A stretch of 64,000 bases of DNA, taken from positions 248,001 to 312,000 of the forward strand of contig MU008167.1 in assembly GCA_010909165.1 (NCBI GenBank), given 5' to 3'. The position numbers were made by a program, and so were the translations under genes. Below the pieces are notes generated by a model. It ran no database searches. It saw nothing but the letters and a program-made list of their open reading frames with translations, and was not told where the DNA came from. The stretch is from Anthoceros angustus (Eukaryota; Plantae; Anthocerotophyta). The number at the start of each line of letters is the position of its first letter. The first letter of the stretch is position 1. Of the stretch, positions 1-10,008 are shown piece by piece.

Positions 1-1070
1 GCTGCCAAGCCAGGAAGCTGCCACGGATGAAATGTGAAGCATGATGTCTCCATGAAGAGGCAGGCAGACCTGAAGTGTGCACTCAGGTTTGTTCGCAATT
101 GTCCAAGTCTTCTGCTTAAATCCTTCTTCCCGCGTTAAAAAAAATCCTCCCTCTCCCACTAGAACTGGCAGTTCCTAGACCTCCGCCCCTCGTCCTCCTC
201 AAGCTAATACTTTCCCGTGACCGCATACGTATGGATAACAGGTTCTGCGGGTACGTGGTCACCCAGTATACCTGCGTCTTGTAGGAGTTCGATTCCTACC
301 CGAAGCTAGAGCCGAAGCTAGAGGGGTCGAGCTACACCTGCTTGTTCAGAACGCGCTATCCAAGTCGCGAAGGGACTGTAGATTATGTTTATATCCCTTG
401 AAGGAGCAGGTATGACACTGACTTGCAACTGCTTACTAGGGGATACTTCTTCCTTTTCGCCTCACGCTTCTAATTTATTTCATCACTTGCTTTTAGTAGA
501 CTAACAAGTGCTCGTTTGGTGTTGCGTTTTGCTATCCATACTGTCCGGATAATAGATTTATATAGGTAATTCTTGCCTTTAATTTCAACTTGCTCTTGTT
601 TCTAGGCTTGCAGGTAATATATACGTAGATATGAGATTGTTAAAAGTGGATTACAAGTGTAAAGTAATCTATCTAGCCATGGGCTAATTCGATATATACA
701 TGGAAAATCGGGATCAATAAAGTCTTATTCGCAATAATACTACACTGAAGTTTGTCCGAGACTATACCACAATTCTTCGATCCGGAGCCAACTGTCGCTT
801 GTTGCGTTGTATTTACCTCCTTCAATCTATCTTTTACCTACCATAAGCGTCGTGCTTGAACGTCGGATGATGAAGGAGGGAGACGCTTTGAAAGCCAGCA
901 GGAGATGCGTGGTCAGGAGCTTGGTGTGCACATTGCGCAAGCGTGTTATTCTGCGGTAGCTCACTTGGACATGGACGCTGTGATTTGCTCAGCTAATCCA
1001 GCCGGCGCACCGGAGCCGGATTTTGTTGGGTTCTGCCGTGTCTTCACAGGTGCGGGTTGTGGGTGTGGAG

Positions 1071-4000
1071 ATGATGGCTATGACAATTCAGCTACAGAGT
1101 GGGCGAAAGGGCCTCCTGCGGCGGCAAAGGAAAATTGGTGGGATCCCGGACCTCAATTTCAGGGCTGCAGGATACCAAAGGGGCGTGACGGCTGAAACTG
1201 TGAGCCAGCTATGTCAGCAGGGGCAGCTCAATGAAGCTGTGGAGGCTCTGGGAGTTCTGGTGCAGACAGACTGTGGCATTGCTCAATCCCTTTTTCGGGC
1301 TATCATAAAAAAATGTGAGATTCAGAGGGAGCTGGTCGTGGGTCGCCGTGTCCATGCTCTGGTGGTGAGGAAGGGGTATGAGTCGGACACGTTCTTGTGC
1401 AACTACATCATGCGAATGTATGCTGTCCATGCCAGGTTGGCTGAAACGATGGATGCCTTTACCGTGGCTGCCAAACCAGATGTCTTCATGTGGTCTTCCG
1501 CGATCTCTGCAAATGTTCGCCACGGAAAAGCTGAGCAGGCCATACAGCTGTATCAGCAGATGCTGAGGTCAGGTGTGAAGCCAGATGGGCATGTGTTTGT
1601 GGCAGCTCTTCAGGCCTGTGCAAGGAGAGCAGACTTGAAAACTGGGCAGCAGGTTCATGCCGATGTGTTGGCCTCTGGGGTTGACCATAGTTTGTTTGTC
1701 TACAATTCCCTGGTTGACATGTATGGAAAGTGTGGCAGCTTGGAGGATGCTCAAAAATTGTTTGACGGACTTGGTCAGAAGGATGTAGTGACTTGGAATG
1801 CCATGATAGCAGGATACTCCCAGCAGGGTATGGGCTGGGAAGCCCTCCGTCTTTACAGTGTTATGCAAGAAGAAGTTACTCTAACACCCACGTCTGTGAC
1901 CTTTCTGTGCCTCCTGCAGGCTTGTGCAACTGTGGGCTCTCCAGCTTTGGAGATGGGGAAGCAGCTTCATGCAAGAATTAGTGAAGGAGGGCATGAAGCT
2001 GATGTGTTTGTGGCCAACAGCTTGGTGAACATGTATGCAAAGTGTGGCAGCTTGGAAGACGCTCAGAGAGTGTTTGATGGACTTGGTAACAAGAACGTGG
2101 TGACGTGGACTGCTTTGTTAGGAGGATATTCGCAGCAGGGCATGGCTCAGGAAGCACTTCGTCTGTACAGTGCTATGCAGAAGGAAGGAACTGCTGTACC
2201 AGATACGGTAACCCTTGCATCTCTCCTGCGGGCATGTGCAAGTGTGGGCGGTCCAGCTTTAGAAATGGGGAGACAGCTTCATGCTGAGATTGGAGAACAA
2301 GGACTTGAGACTGACGTGGTATTAGGCTGCAGCCTCGTAAACATGTATGCCAAGTGTGGGAGCTTGGATGACGCCCAGGTGGTGTTTGGCAGGCTTGTTC
2401 AGAAGAATGTTGTGACATGGACGGCATTGATAGCAGGATATTCCCAGCAGGGCATGGGTCAGGAGGCGTTGCAGCTTTACAGCATGATGCAAGAAGAAGG
2501 CATGGCTGCACCTGATTCTGTGACATTTGTGTGCCTCCTGCAGGCATGTGCAAGTGCAGGCATCTCGGCTTTGGAAAAGGGTAGGCAGCTTCATGCACAA
2601 ATTAGAGAACAAGGTCATCAGGCTGATGTGTTTGTAGCCAACAGTCTAGTGGATATGTATGCAAAGTGTGGCAGCTTGGAAGATGCTCAGATAGTCTTTG
2701 ACGGACTTGGTTGTAAAGATGTGGTGACATGGACAGCTCTGATAGCAGGATATTCCCAGCAGGGCATGGGTCAGGAAGCCCTTCGTCTTCACAGTGCTAT
2801 GCAAGCAGAAGGCGTGGCTGTTCCGGATTCTTTGACATTTGCGTCGCTCCTGCAGGCATGTGCAAGTGTGGGCAGCCCGGCTTTGATAGAAGGGAAGCAG
2901 CTTCATGCAGAGATTGGAGAACAGGGACTTGAGGCTGATGCGGTTTTAGGTTGCAGTCTGGTCAACATGTATGCCAAGTGTGGCAGCTTAGAAGACGCTC
3001 AGATTGTGTTTGACAAGCTTGGGCAGAAAAATGTTGTGACATGGACAGCTCTGATAACAGGATATTCCCAGCAGGGGGTCAGTCAGGAAGCTCTTCGCCT
3101 TTACAGCGCTATGCAAGATGAAGGAATGGTCCCACTCGATTCTGTGACGTTTGCCTGCCTCCTTCAGGCATTCGCAAGCATAGGTGCTGTGGCTTTGGAG
3201 AAAGGGAAGCAGCTCCATGCTCAAATTAAAGAACGGGGACTTAAAGCTGATGTGTCTGTAGCCAATAGTTTGGTCAACATGTACGCAAAGTGTGGCAGTC
3301 TACAGGATGCTCAGGGCGTTTTTGACGAACTTGAGCAGAAAACTGTGATGACGTGGAATGTCATGATAGCGGGATATTCCCAGCAGAACATGGGGCAGGA
3401 GGCCCTTCGGCTTTACAGCACTATGCAAGAAGAAGGCATTGCTGCACCTGATCCTGTGACCTTTGTATCTCTTCTGCAGGCATGTGCAAGTGTGGGCGCT
3501 CTCGCATTGGATAAGGGGAGGCAGCTTCATGTACAAATTAAGGAAAGAGGCTTTCAAGCAGAGGCGTTTGTCTCCAGCAGTTTGGTTAAGATGTATTCAA
3601 AGTGTGGCAGTCTAGAGGATGCTCGGGGCGTGTTTGATGAACTTGGTGAGAAGAGTGTGGTCACTTGGAATGCCATAATAGCAGGATATTCCCAGCAGGG
3701 CATGGGGCAGGAAGCCCTCCATCTCTACAGGGCTATGCTAGCCGAAGGCACCGTAACACTCAATTCCGGGACATTTGTATCCGCCCTGCAGGCATGTGCA
3801 AGTGTGGGCACCCCAGCTTTGCAGATGGGTCAGCAGCTTCATGCAGAAATTGGAAAACGAGGGCTGCAGGCCGATTTGTTTGTAGCCAACAGCTTGGTAA
3901 ACATGTATGCAAAGTGTGGCACCCTAGAGGATGCTCAGGCCCTGTTTGATGGTCTTGGTGAGAAAAATGTGGTGACGTGGAATGCCATGATAGCAGGGTA

Positions 4001-6323
4001 TTGCCAGAAAGGCACGTTGCTGGAGGGCCTTTCACTCCTCACTGCTATGAAACAAGACGGCACTGCTGAACCCAATTCTGTGACATTTGTGTCCCTCCTG
4101 CAGGCCTGTGCAAGTGCGGGCACCCCAGCTCTGGAGAAGGGGAAGCAGCTTCATGCAGAAATTAGGGAACGAGGACTGCAGGCTGATTTGTTTATAGCCA
4201 ACAGCCTGGTAAACATGTATGCAAAGTGCGGCAGCCTAGAGGATGCGCATGGTGTGTTTGATGGACTTGGTGAAAAGAATGTTGTGACGTGGAATGCCAT
4301 AATAGCAGGATATTCCCAGCAGGGCATGGGGCAAGAAGCTCTTCGTCTCTATATGTCTATGCAGGAAGAAGGCATTCTTACACCAGATTGTGTGACATTT
4401 GTGTGCCTCTTGCATGCATGTGCAAGTTTGGGCACCCCGGCTTTGGAAAAAGGAAAGCAGCTTCATGCTCAAATTAGACAACAAGGACTTCAAGCTGATT
4501 TGTTTGTAGCCAGCAGTTTAGTAAACATGTATGCAAAGTGTAACAGCCTAGACGATGCCCGGGCCGTGTTTGACGGACTTAGTCATAAGAATGTGGTGAC
4601 GTGGAATGCCATGATTGCTGGATACTCCCAGCAGCAGGGCATGGGGCAGGAAGCCCTTGGTCTTTACAGGGCTATGCAAGAAGAAGGCATTCTTACACCA
4701 GATTGTGTGACATTTGTGTGCCTCTTGCATGCATGTGCAAGTTTGGGCACCCCGGCTTTGGAAAAAGGAAAGCAGCTTCATGCTCAAATTAGACAACAAG
4801 GACTTCAAGCTGATTTGTTTGTAGCCAGCAGTTTAGTAAACATGTATGCAAAGTGTAACAGCCTAGACGATGCCCGGGCCGTGTTTGACGGACTTAGTCA
4901 TAAGAATGTGGTGACGTGGAATGCCATGATTGCTGGATACTCCCAGCAGGGCATGGGGCAGGAAGCCCTTGGGCTTTACAGGGTTATGCAGAAAGAAGGA
5001 GTTGTTCCACTTGATACTGTGACGTTTGTGTGCCTCCTACAAGCATGTGCAAGTGTGGGGGCCTCAGCTTTGGAGAATGGGAAGCAGCTTCATGCACAGA
5101 TAGGAGAACGAGGGCTTCAAGCTGATGTGTTTGTGGCCAACAGTCTGGTAAATATGTATGCCAAGTGCGGCAGCTTACAGGACGCTCGGGGTCTGTTTGA
5201 TGAACTTGGTGAAAAAACTGTGGTGACCTGGAATGCCATGATATCAGGATATTCCCAGCAGGGCATGGGGCAGGAAGCCCTTGGTCTTTACAGGGCTATG
5301 CAAGAAGAAGGCATCATTGCGGCAGATACTGTGACATTTGTGTGCCTGCTGCAGGCATGTGCAAACATGGCAGCTTTGCATGTGGGGAGGCAGCTTCATG
5401 CACAGATCAAAGACCAAGGGCTTCAAGCTGATGTGCTAATATCCAGCAGTTTGATTAACATGTATGGAAAGTCGGGGAGCATGGTTGATGCACAGCAGGT
5501 GTTTGAGGCAATGCCTGAGAGAGACAACGTTGCATGGAATGCTCTCATTTCAGGCTACACCCGTCAAGGAGAAAGCAAATTGGTCTTCGATTTGTTTCAC
5601 AGAATGAGAGAGGATGGCATGCAGCCAGCCGGTATCACATTCCTTCGTCTACTAACAGTTTGCAGTCACACAGGTCTAGTGGACAAGGGGCAAGAGTACT
5701 TCGAGGCCATGAGCAGACAATATGGCATCACTCCCACTGTGGAGCACTACACATGCATGGTGGATCTCCTGGGCCGTGCAGGCCAACTGGAGGAGGCACT
5801 AGCTTTGGTAAGGACAATGCCTGTCCTGCCTAACGCTGAAGTTTGGCACACACTATTGGGCGCCTGTCGGAAGTGGAGCAATGTGGAGGTGGGACGCCAT
5901 GCTTTCGACGAAGCAGTGAAGCTGGACACGAAAGATGCCGCTGTATATGTGTTGATGTCGAGCATATATACCGGTGCCCAGATGTGGGAGCAGGCTCAGG
6001 AGATGCAGGCTAGGAGAATGGGATCCGGGGCATGGAAGCAGCCAGGTCAGAGCTGGTGGACTGACATGGACGGACTCGTGCATGGCTTTTTGGTTGGGGA
6101 TAACAATCATCCCGAGAGTAAAGGTATATATGCAAGGTTAAGTGAGCTCTTTATGGAAATGAAGAAAGAGACGTACGTGCCACTTCTCGACCCATCGTCA
6201 CCGGCAGATATATCTGCTGATGAAAAGGAAGAACATGTATGTGTGGCAGTGCACAGCGAGAAGCTGGATCCCGAGACTGCGTTGGAGGACTTGGTGGTGG
6301 AGACATCAGTTAACGTTGGGTGA
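1071..6323 (+). CDS. Very long PLS-class PPR protein (about 14 P-L-S triplets + P2-L2-S2 + E1/E2 + WW-type PG box, DYW truncated after HSEKL); organellar RNA-editing factor family
   Basis: Open 5.3 kb frame, first ATG at 1071. Repeats VVTWNAMIAGYSQQG / VTFVCLLQACA / SLVNMYAKCGSLEDA have a 104-aa period. Also HYTCMVDLLGRAG (S2), WHTLLGACRKW (E1), WKQPGQSWW and HSEKL. The true start is uncertain. Confidence 0.95.
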   Translation: MMAMTIQLQSGRKGLLRRQRKIGGIPDLNFRAAGYQRGVTAETVSQLCQQGQLNEAVEALGVLVQTDCGIAQSLFRAIIKKCEIQRELVVGRRVHALVVRKGYESDTFLCNYIMRMYAVHARLAETMDAFTVAAKPDVFMWSSAISANVRHGKAEQAIQLYQQMLRSGVKPDGHVFVAALQACARRADLKTGQQVHADVLASGVDHSLFVYNSLVDMYGKCGSLEDAQKLFDGLGQKDVVTWNAMIAGYSQQGMGWEALRLYSVMQEEVTLTPTSVTFLCLLQACATVGSPALEMGKQLHARISEGGHEADVFVANSLVNMYAKCGSLEDAQRVFDGLGNKNVVTWTALLGGYSQQGMAQEALRLYSAMQKEGTAVPDTVTLASLLRACASVGGPALEMGRQLHAEIGEQGLETDVVLGCSLVNMYAKCGSLDDAQVVFGRLVQKNVVTWTALIAGYSQQGMGQEALQLYSMMQEEGMAAPDSVTFVCLLQACASAGISALEKGRQLHAQIREQGHQADVFVANSLVDMYAKCGSLEDAQIVFDGLGCKDVVTWTALIAGYSQQGMGQEALRLHSAMQAEGVAVPDSLTFASLLQACASVGSPALIEGKQLHAEIGEQGLEADAVLGCSLVNMYAKCGSLEDAQIVFDKLGQKNVVTWTALITGYSQQGVSQEALRLYSAMQDEGMVPLDSVTFACLLQAFASIGAVALEKGKQLHAQIKERGLKADVSVANSLVNMYAKCGSLQDAQGVFDELEQKTVMTWNVMIAGYSQQNMGQEALRLYSTMQEEGIAAPDPVTFVSLLQACASVGALALDKGRQLHVQIKERGFQAEAFVSSSLVKMYSKCGSLEDARGVFDELGEKSVVTWNAIIAGYSQQGMGQEALHLYRAMLAEGTVTLNSGTFVSALQACASVGTPALQMGQQLHAEIGKRGLQADLFVANSLVNMYAKCGTLEDAQALFDGLGEKNVVTWNAMIAGYCQKGTLLEGLSLLTAMKQDGTAEPNSVTFVSLLQACASAGTPALEKGKQLHAEIRERGLQADLFIANSLVNMYAKCGSLEDAHGVFDGLGEKNVVTWNAIIAGYSQQGMGQEALRLYMSMQEEGILTPDCVTFVCLLHACASLGTPALEKGKQLHAQIRQQGLQADLFVASSLVNMYAKCNSLDDARAVFDGLSHKNVVTWNAMIAGYSQQQGMGQEALGLYRAMQEEGILTPDCVTFVCLLHACASLGTPALEKGKQLHAQIRQQGLQADLFVASSLVNMYAKCNSLDDARAVFDGLSHKNVVTWNAMIAGYSQQGMGQEALGLYRVMQKEGVVPLDTVTFVCLLQACASVGASALENGKQLHAQIGERGLQADVFVANSLVNMYAKCGSLQDARGLFDELGEKTVVTWNAMISGYSQQGMGQEALGLYRAMQEEGIIAADTVTFVCLLQACANMAALHVGRQLHAQIKDQGLQADVLISSSLINMYGKSGSMVDAQQVFEAMPERDNVAWNALISGYTRQGESKLVFDLFHRMREDGMQPAGITFLRLLTVCSHTGLVDKGQEYFEAMSRQYGITPTVEHYTCMVDLLGRAGQLEEALALVRTMPVLPNAEVWHTLLGACRKWSNVEVGRHAFDEAVKLDTKDAAVYVLMSSIYTGAQMWEQAQEMQARRMGSGAWKQPGQSWWTDMDGLVHGFLVGDNNHPESKGIYARLSELFMEMKKETYVPLLDPSSPADISADEKEEHVCVAVHSEKLDPETALEDLVVETSVNVG
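4365..4948 (+). repeat. Near-identical tandem duplication of one PLS triplet (offset 315 bp) inside PPR gene 1
   Basis: About 4365-4633 and 4680-4948 read identically at nucleotide level (EEGILTPDCVTF...KCNSLDDARAVFDGLSHKN twice). Confidence 0.9.
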
Positions 6324-6480
6324 CAGCGCTGGTTTCACATGCCTCGAACAGATCCACAAAGCGTTCGTTGTTACAGAAATGGGTAGAATTCTTTTTCTGA
6401 TGCTCAAGGTTTGGAGACGGACCAAGAACGTGAAAACAGCCTCAATTGTAAACATGCGATAGCCAGCTTCTCATTACATA

Positions 6481-6512
6481 TGTGGGCACAGAGTGAGAAG
6501 CTCGCTATCGCA
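6481..6512 (+). pseudogene. Orphan DYW-domain fragment (CGH-SEKLAIA with 2-bp insertion)
   Basis: tgt ggg cac [ag] agt gag aag ctc gct atc gca matches the canonical DYW zinc-binding motif CGHSEKLAIA. Confidence 0.7.
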
Positions 6513-6559
6513 GATGCAGTTCGTGTGTATGATCTTGGTCTGCGCCATCAGACAAGTGT

Positions 6560-7045
6560 GCCTCCAGATGTGGCAGTCATCCCTGCTTTGTTCATTTTGA
6601 AAAACAGCTCGTTCAGCCTTACATATACCTCCAGTCTATGAATGCTTCTTATCCCCAACCGGAAAGCCATGCAACAGTGCATCCATCTGTTCACCAGCTC
6701 TGGCCAGTATGCTAGACATCAACACATGTGCTGCAGCATCTTTCTTGTCCAGTTTCACTGTTTCATCGAACGCTTGGCATCCTACCACCAGGTTGCCCAA
6801 CTTTCGACAAGCACTCAAGCTATGTGCCAACTGAAGCATTAGCCTGGACAGGCACTATTACCTGAAGGCAGCTGGTTTGGCAGCCACGGTAAACACATCC
6901 ATCATTTCAGCCAACCTGGATGAGCAGCATACATTCGCATGATGTGATTGCACAAGGAAGTGTCCGACTCAAGCCCCTTCATCACCAGCAGAGCATGGAC
7001 GATTACAGCGGACTAGCTGAGCAAATTACACTGTCCATGTCCAAT
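6560..7045 (-). pseudogene. Inverted, internally deleted PPR-E relic (5' piece + first motifs + E1/E2 + PG box; PLS array absent)
   Basis: The reverse complement aligns piecewise to gene 1 at about 966-1003, 1348-1482, 5817-5973 and 6049-6190. Translation includes ACRKLGNLVVGCQAFDETVKLDKKDAAAHVLMSSI and LHGFPVGD. Confidence 0.85.
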
Positions 7046-7092
7046 TCCGCTACTCGGAGCAGATTTGCAAGACAGCCAGAGCGTACAAGAGG

Positions 7093-10008
7093 ATGCCTGG
7101 CTGGAGGCCAGTCTTGCAGCGAGGGTTGTGGACAGGAGAATCCGTGGTGGAAATCTTTGCGAGGTCGCATGGGCAAAGGCAGTTTCAAGGGATTCCCTTG
7201 TTGAGCAAGATTTACAAGGCAGGTTCGAATGTGCAGCTGGATTCTCTGGCTGTGGGGATGAGTGGCTGTGCCTCCTACGGGAGCTTACGGGATGGTTCTG
7301 ACCCTCGCAGGCATGCAGGTTGCGATAGGGATCTGAGGAAGCTTTGTCAGGAAGGCCGTGTCATTGATGCTGTTGAGGATTTGGAATGTCTGGTCCAGAC
7401 ACAGCGTTCTGTGTCGATATCTCTCGTTTACGCTGTGCTGAAGCAATGTTTAGCCAAGAAGGATCTTCTTCTGGGAAGACGCGTCCATGCTGTGGCGGTG
7501 AGGAAAGGGTACCAGTCAGACCCGTTCCTGGCCTTCCACATGCTGCGGATGTATGCTTCGCATGGCAGATTGCAAGACGCGATGGACGTGTTTGAAGCTC
7601 TTGCGGAACCGGATGCTTTCACGTGGTCTGGGATAATTTCTGCCCATGTTAAATGCAGGAAAGACAAGCAGGCGGTGGAACTGTATCATCGGATGCGAAG
7701 GTCCAGTGTGAGGCCGGATGGCCATGTGTTTGTGGCAGCACTTCAGGCTTGTGCAAAGGAATCAGACTTGAAGTCCGGGCAGCAGGTACATGCTGATGTG
7801 TTGGCTAGCGGAGTGGAGCCTGATTTGTTCGTCTGTACCTGCTTGGTGGACATGTATGCAAAATGCGGGAGTTTGGAAAACGCTCGCAGAGTGTTTGATG
7901 GGCTTGCCGAGAAGAATGTTGTGACGTGGAATGCCATGATAGCAGGGTATTCCCAGCAGGGGATGGGGCTGGAGGCCCTGAATCTCTTCAGTTCTATGCT
8001 AGAAGAAGGCGTAGCTATAGCTGATTCAGTGACATATGCCTGCCTCTTGCAGGCATGCGCAAGTGTGGGTATTGCGGCATTGGAGGAAGGGCGGCAGCTT
8101 CATGTGCAGATTAGAGAACAAGGACATGCATCTGATGTGTATGTAGCGAGCAGTTTGGTGAACATGTATGCAAAGTGTGGGAGCTTGGAGGACGCGCAGA
8201 GAGTATTTGAGGGACTTGCTCAAAAGGATGTGGTGACGTGGAATGCTTTGATGGCAGGGTATTCCCAGCACGGTATGGGACAGGAAGCCCTTTGTCTCTA
8301 CAGTGCTATGCAAGAATGTGGCATTGCAGTACCTGACTCTGTGACATTCGTGTGCCTCCTGCAGGCTTGTGCAAGTGTTGGCACCCAAGCTTTGGAGACT
8401 GGGAAAGAGCTGCATGCTGAGGTTACAGGAAGAGGACTTGAAGCTGATGCCGTTGTAGCAAATAGTCTGGTGAATATGTATGTAAAGTGTGGCAGCTCGG
8501 AAGATGCTCAAAGAGTGTTTGACGGACTGGGTCAAAAGAATGTGGTAACGTGGACTGCCATGATAGCAGGATATTCCCAGCAGGGCATGGGGCAGGAAGC
8601 TCTCTCTCTTTATAGTGCTATGCAAAATGAAGGCATCGCTGCACCCAATTCTGTGACGTTTGTGTGCCTCCTGCAGGCATGTGCAAGTTTGGGCACCTTG
8701 GCTTTGGAGAAGGGGAAGAAGCTTCATTTGCAGATTAGAGAACTTGGCCACGACGCTGATGTCTTTGTAGCCAGCAGTCTGGTGAACATGTACGCAAAGT
8801 GCGGCAGCTTGAAGGACGCTCAGAGAGTGTTTGATGGATTGGACCAAAAAGATGGCGTGACATGGAGTGCCATGATAGCAGGGTATTCGCAACAGGGTAT
8901 GGGTCAGGAAGCCCTTCATCTTTACAATGCTATGCAAGACGGAGGCATGGCTGTACTTGACTCTGTGACATTTGTTTGCCTCCTACAGGCGTGTGCAAAC
9001 GTGGCAGCTTTGTGTCTTGGAAGGCAGCTACATGCTCAAATCATAGAGCAAGGGCTTCAAGATGATGTGTTTGTAGCTGTTAGTTTGATTAACATGTATG
9101 GAAAGTCTGGGAGCATGGTTGATGCACAGAAGGTGTTTGATTCGTTGCCTGGAAGAGACATTGTGGTCTGGAATGCACTGATTGCAAGCTATGCCTCACA
9201 AGGGGAAAGAGAAGTGGTCTTTGACTTGTTTCAGAAAATGAGAGACGATGGAGTGCGGCCAAACAGCATCACGTTCCTTAGTGTACTCACAGTGTGCAGT
9301 CATGCGGGTCTAGTGAACAAGGGGTGGGAGTACTTCCAGGCTATGAGCAGGCACTACGGCATTACTCCTTCAGAGAATCACTACACATGCATGGTGGATC
9401 TCCTGGGGCGTGCAGGACAGCTGGATGAGGCGCTAGGTGTAGTAAGGACAATGCCTGTACAGGCTAGTGCTGCAGTTTGGCACACTTTGTTGGCAGCTTG
9501 TCAAAAGTGGAGCAACGTGGAAGTGGGACAGGATGCTTTCAACGAAGCAGTCAAGCTAGACAAGAAAGATGCCGCAGCGTATGTTCTGATGTCGAACATA
9601 TACACTGGTGCACAACTGTGGGACCGAGCACAGAAGATGCAGGAAAGGAGAGAGGGAATGATGGCATGGAAGCAGCCCGGTCAGAGCTGGTGGGCAGACA
9701 ATGACGGAATCGTGCACAGTTTTAAGGTTGGGGATGAGAACCAACCCCAGAGTCAAGCAAGGCTGACGCAGGTATTCTCCAGAGTGGAAGAGGGATGTGG
9801 CACCCATCTGAACGCGGCACCAGACAGTATTGATGCTAGGAAGGGGCTTCATTCGAGCGTACAAAGAACGAAGCCGGCTATCTTGTATGCCCCAAACAAT
9901 ATGTCTGAAAGGAACTCTGAAATTGCTCTAGGAAAACCTCGGACCCGTCAACACATGCCTTCTTATTGTCATGTTCAGGGATTGATTCTCGCGTATGGGG
10001 CAGATTGA
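7093..10008 (+). CDS. PLS-class PPR protein with E1/E2, WW-type PG box and degenerate DYW tail
   Basis: 971-aa open frame with the same motifs as gene 1 and WKQPGQSWW. The tail QRTKPAILYA resembles HSEKLAIAYA but lacks HxE and CxxC. Confidence 0.95.
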   Translation: MPGWRPVLQRGLWTGESVVEIFARSHGQRQFQGIPLLSKIYKAGSNVQLDSLAVGMSGCASYGSLRDGSDPRRHAGCDRDLRKLCQEGRVIDAVEDLECLVQTQRSVSISLVYAVLKQCLAKKDLLLGRRVHAVAVRKGYQSDPFLAFHMLRMYASHGRLQDAMDVFEALAEPDAFTWSGIISAHVKCRKDKQAVELYHRMRRSSVRPDGHVFVAALQACAKESDLKSGQQVHADVLASGVEPDLFVCTCLVDMYAKCGSLENARRVFDGLAEKNVVTWNAMIAGYSQQGMGLEALNLFSSMLEEGVAIADSVTYACLLQACASVGIAALEEGRQLHVQIREQGHASDVYVASSLVNMYAKCGSLEDAQRVFEGLAQKDVVTWNALMAGYSQHGMGQEALCLYSAMQECGIAVPDSVTFVCLLQACASVGTQALETGKELHAEVTGRGLEADAVVANSLVNMYVKCGSSEDAQRVFDGLGQKNVVTWTAMIAGYSQQGMGQEALSLYSAMQNEGIAAPNSVTFVCLLQACASLGTLALEKGKKLHLQIRELGHDADVFVASSLVNMYAKCGSLKDAQRVFDGLDQKDGVTWSAMIAGYSQQGMGQEALHLYNAMQDGGMAVLDSVTFVCLLQACANVAALCLGRQLHAQIIEQGLQDDVFVAVSLINMYGKSGSMVDAQKVFDSLPGRDIVVWNALIASYASQGEREVVFDLFQKMRDDGVRPNSITFLSVLTVCSHAGLVNKGWEYFQAMSRHYGITPSENHYTCMVDLLGRAGQLDEALGVVRTMPVQASAAVWHTLLAACQKWSNVEVGQDAFNEAVKLDKKDAAAYVLMSNIYTGAQLWDRAQKMQERREGMMAWKQPGQSWWADNDGIVHSFKVGDENQPQSQARLTQVFSRVEEGCGTHLNAAPDSIDARKGLHSSVQRTKPAILYAPNNMSERNSEIALGKPRTRQHMPSYCHVQGLILAYGAD

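Noticed and set aside
6031-6060. Possible U-to-C (DYW:KP) editing factor
   Set aside because: The box reads PGQSWW (WW type), not the KP type, and the catalytic domain is incomplete.
1209-9864. Many short antisense or alternate-frame ORFs over the PPR genes
   Set aside because: They are shadows of the repetitive PPR coding sequence.
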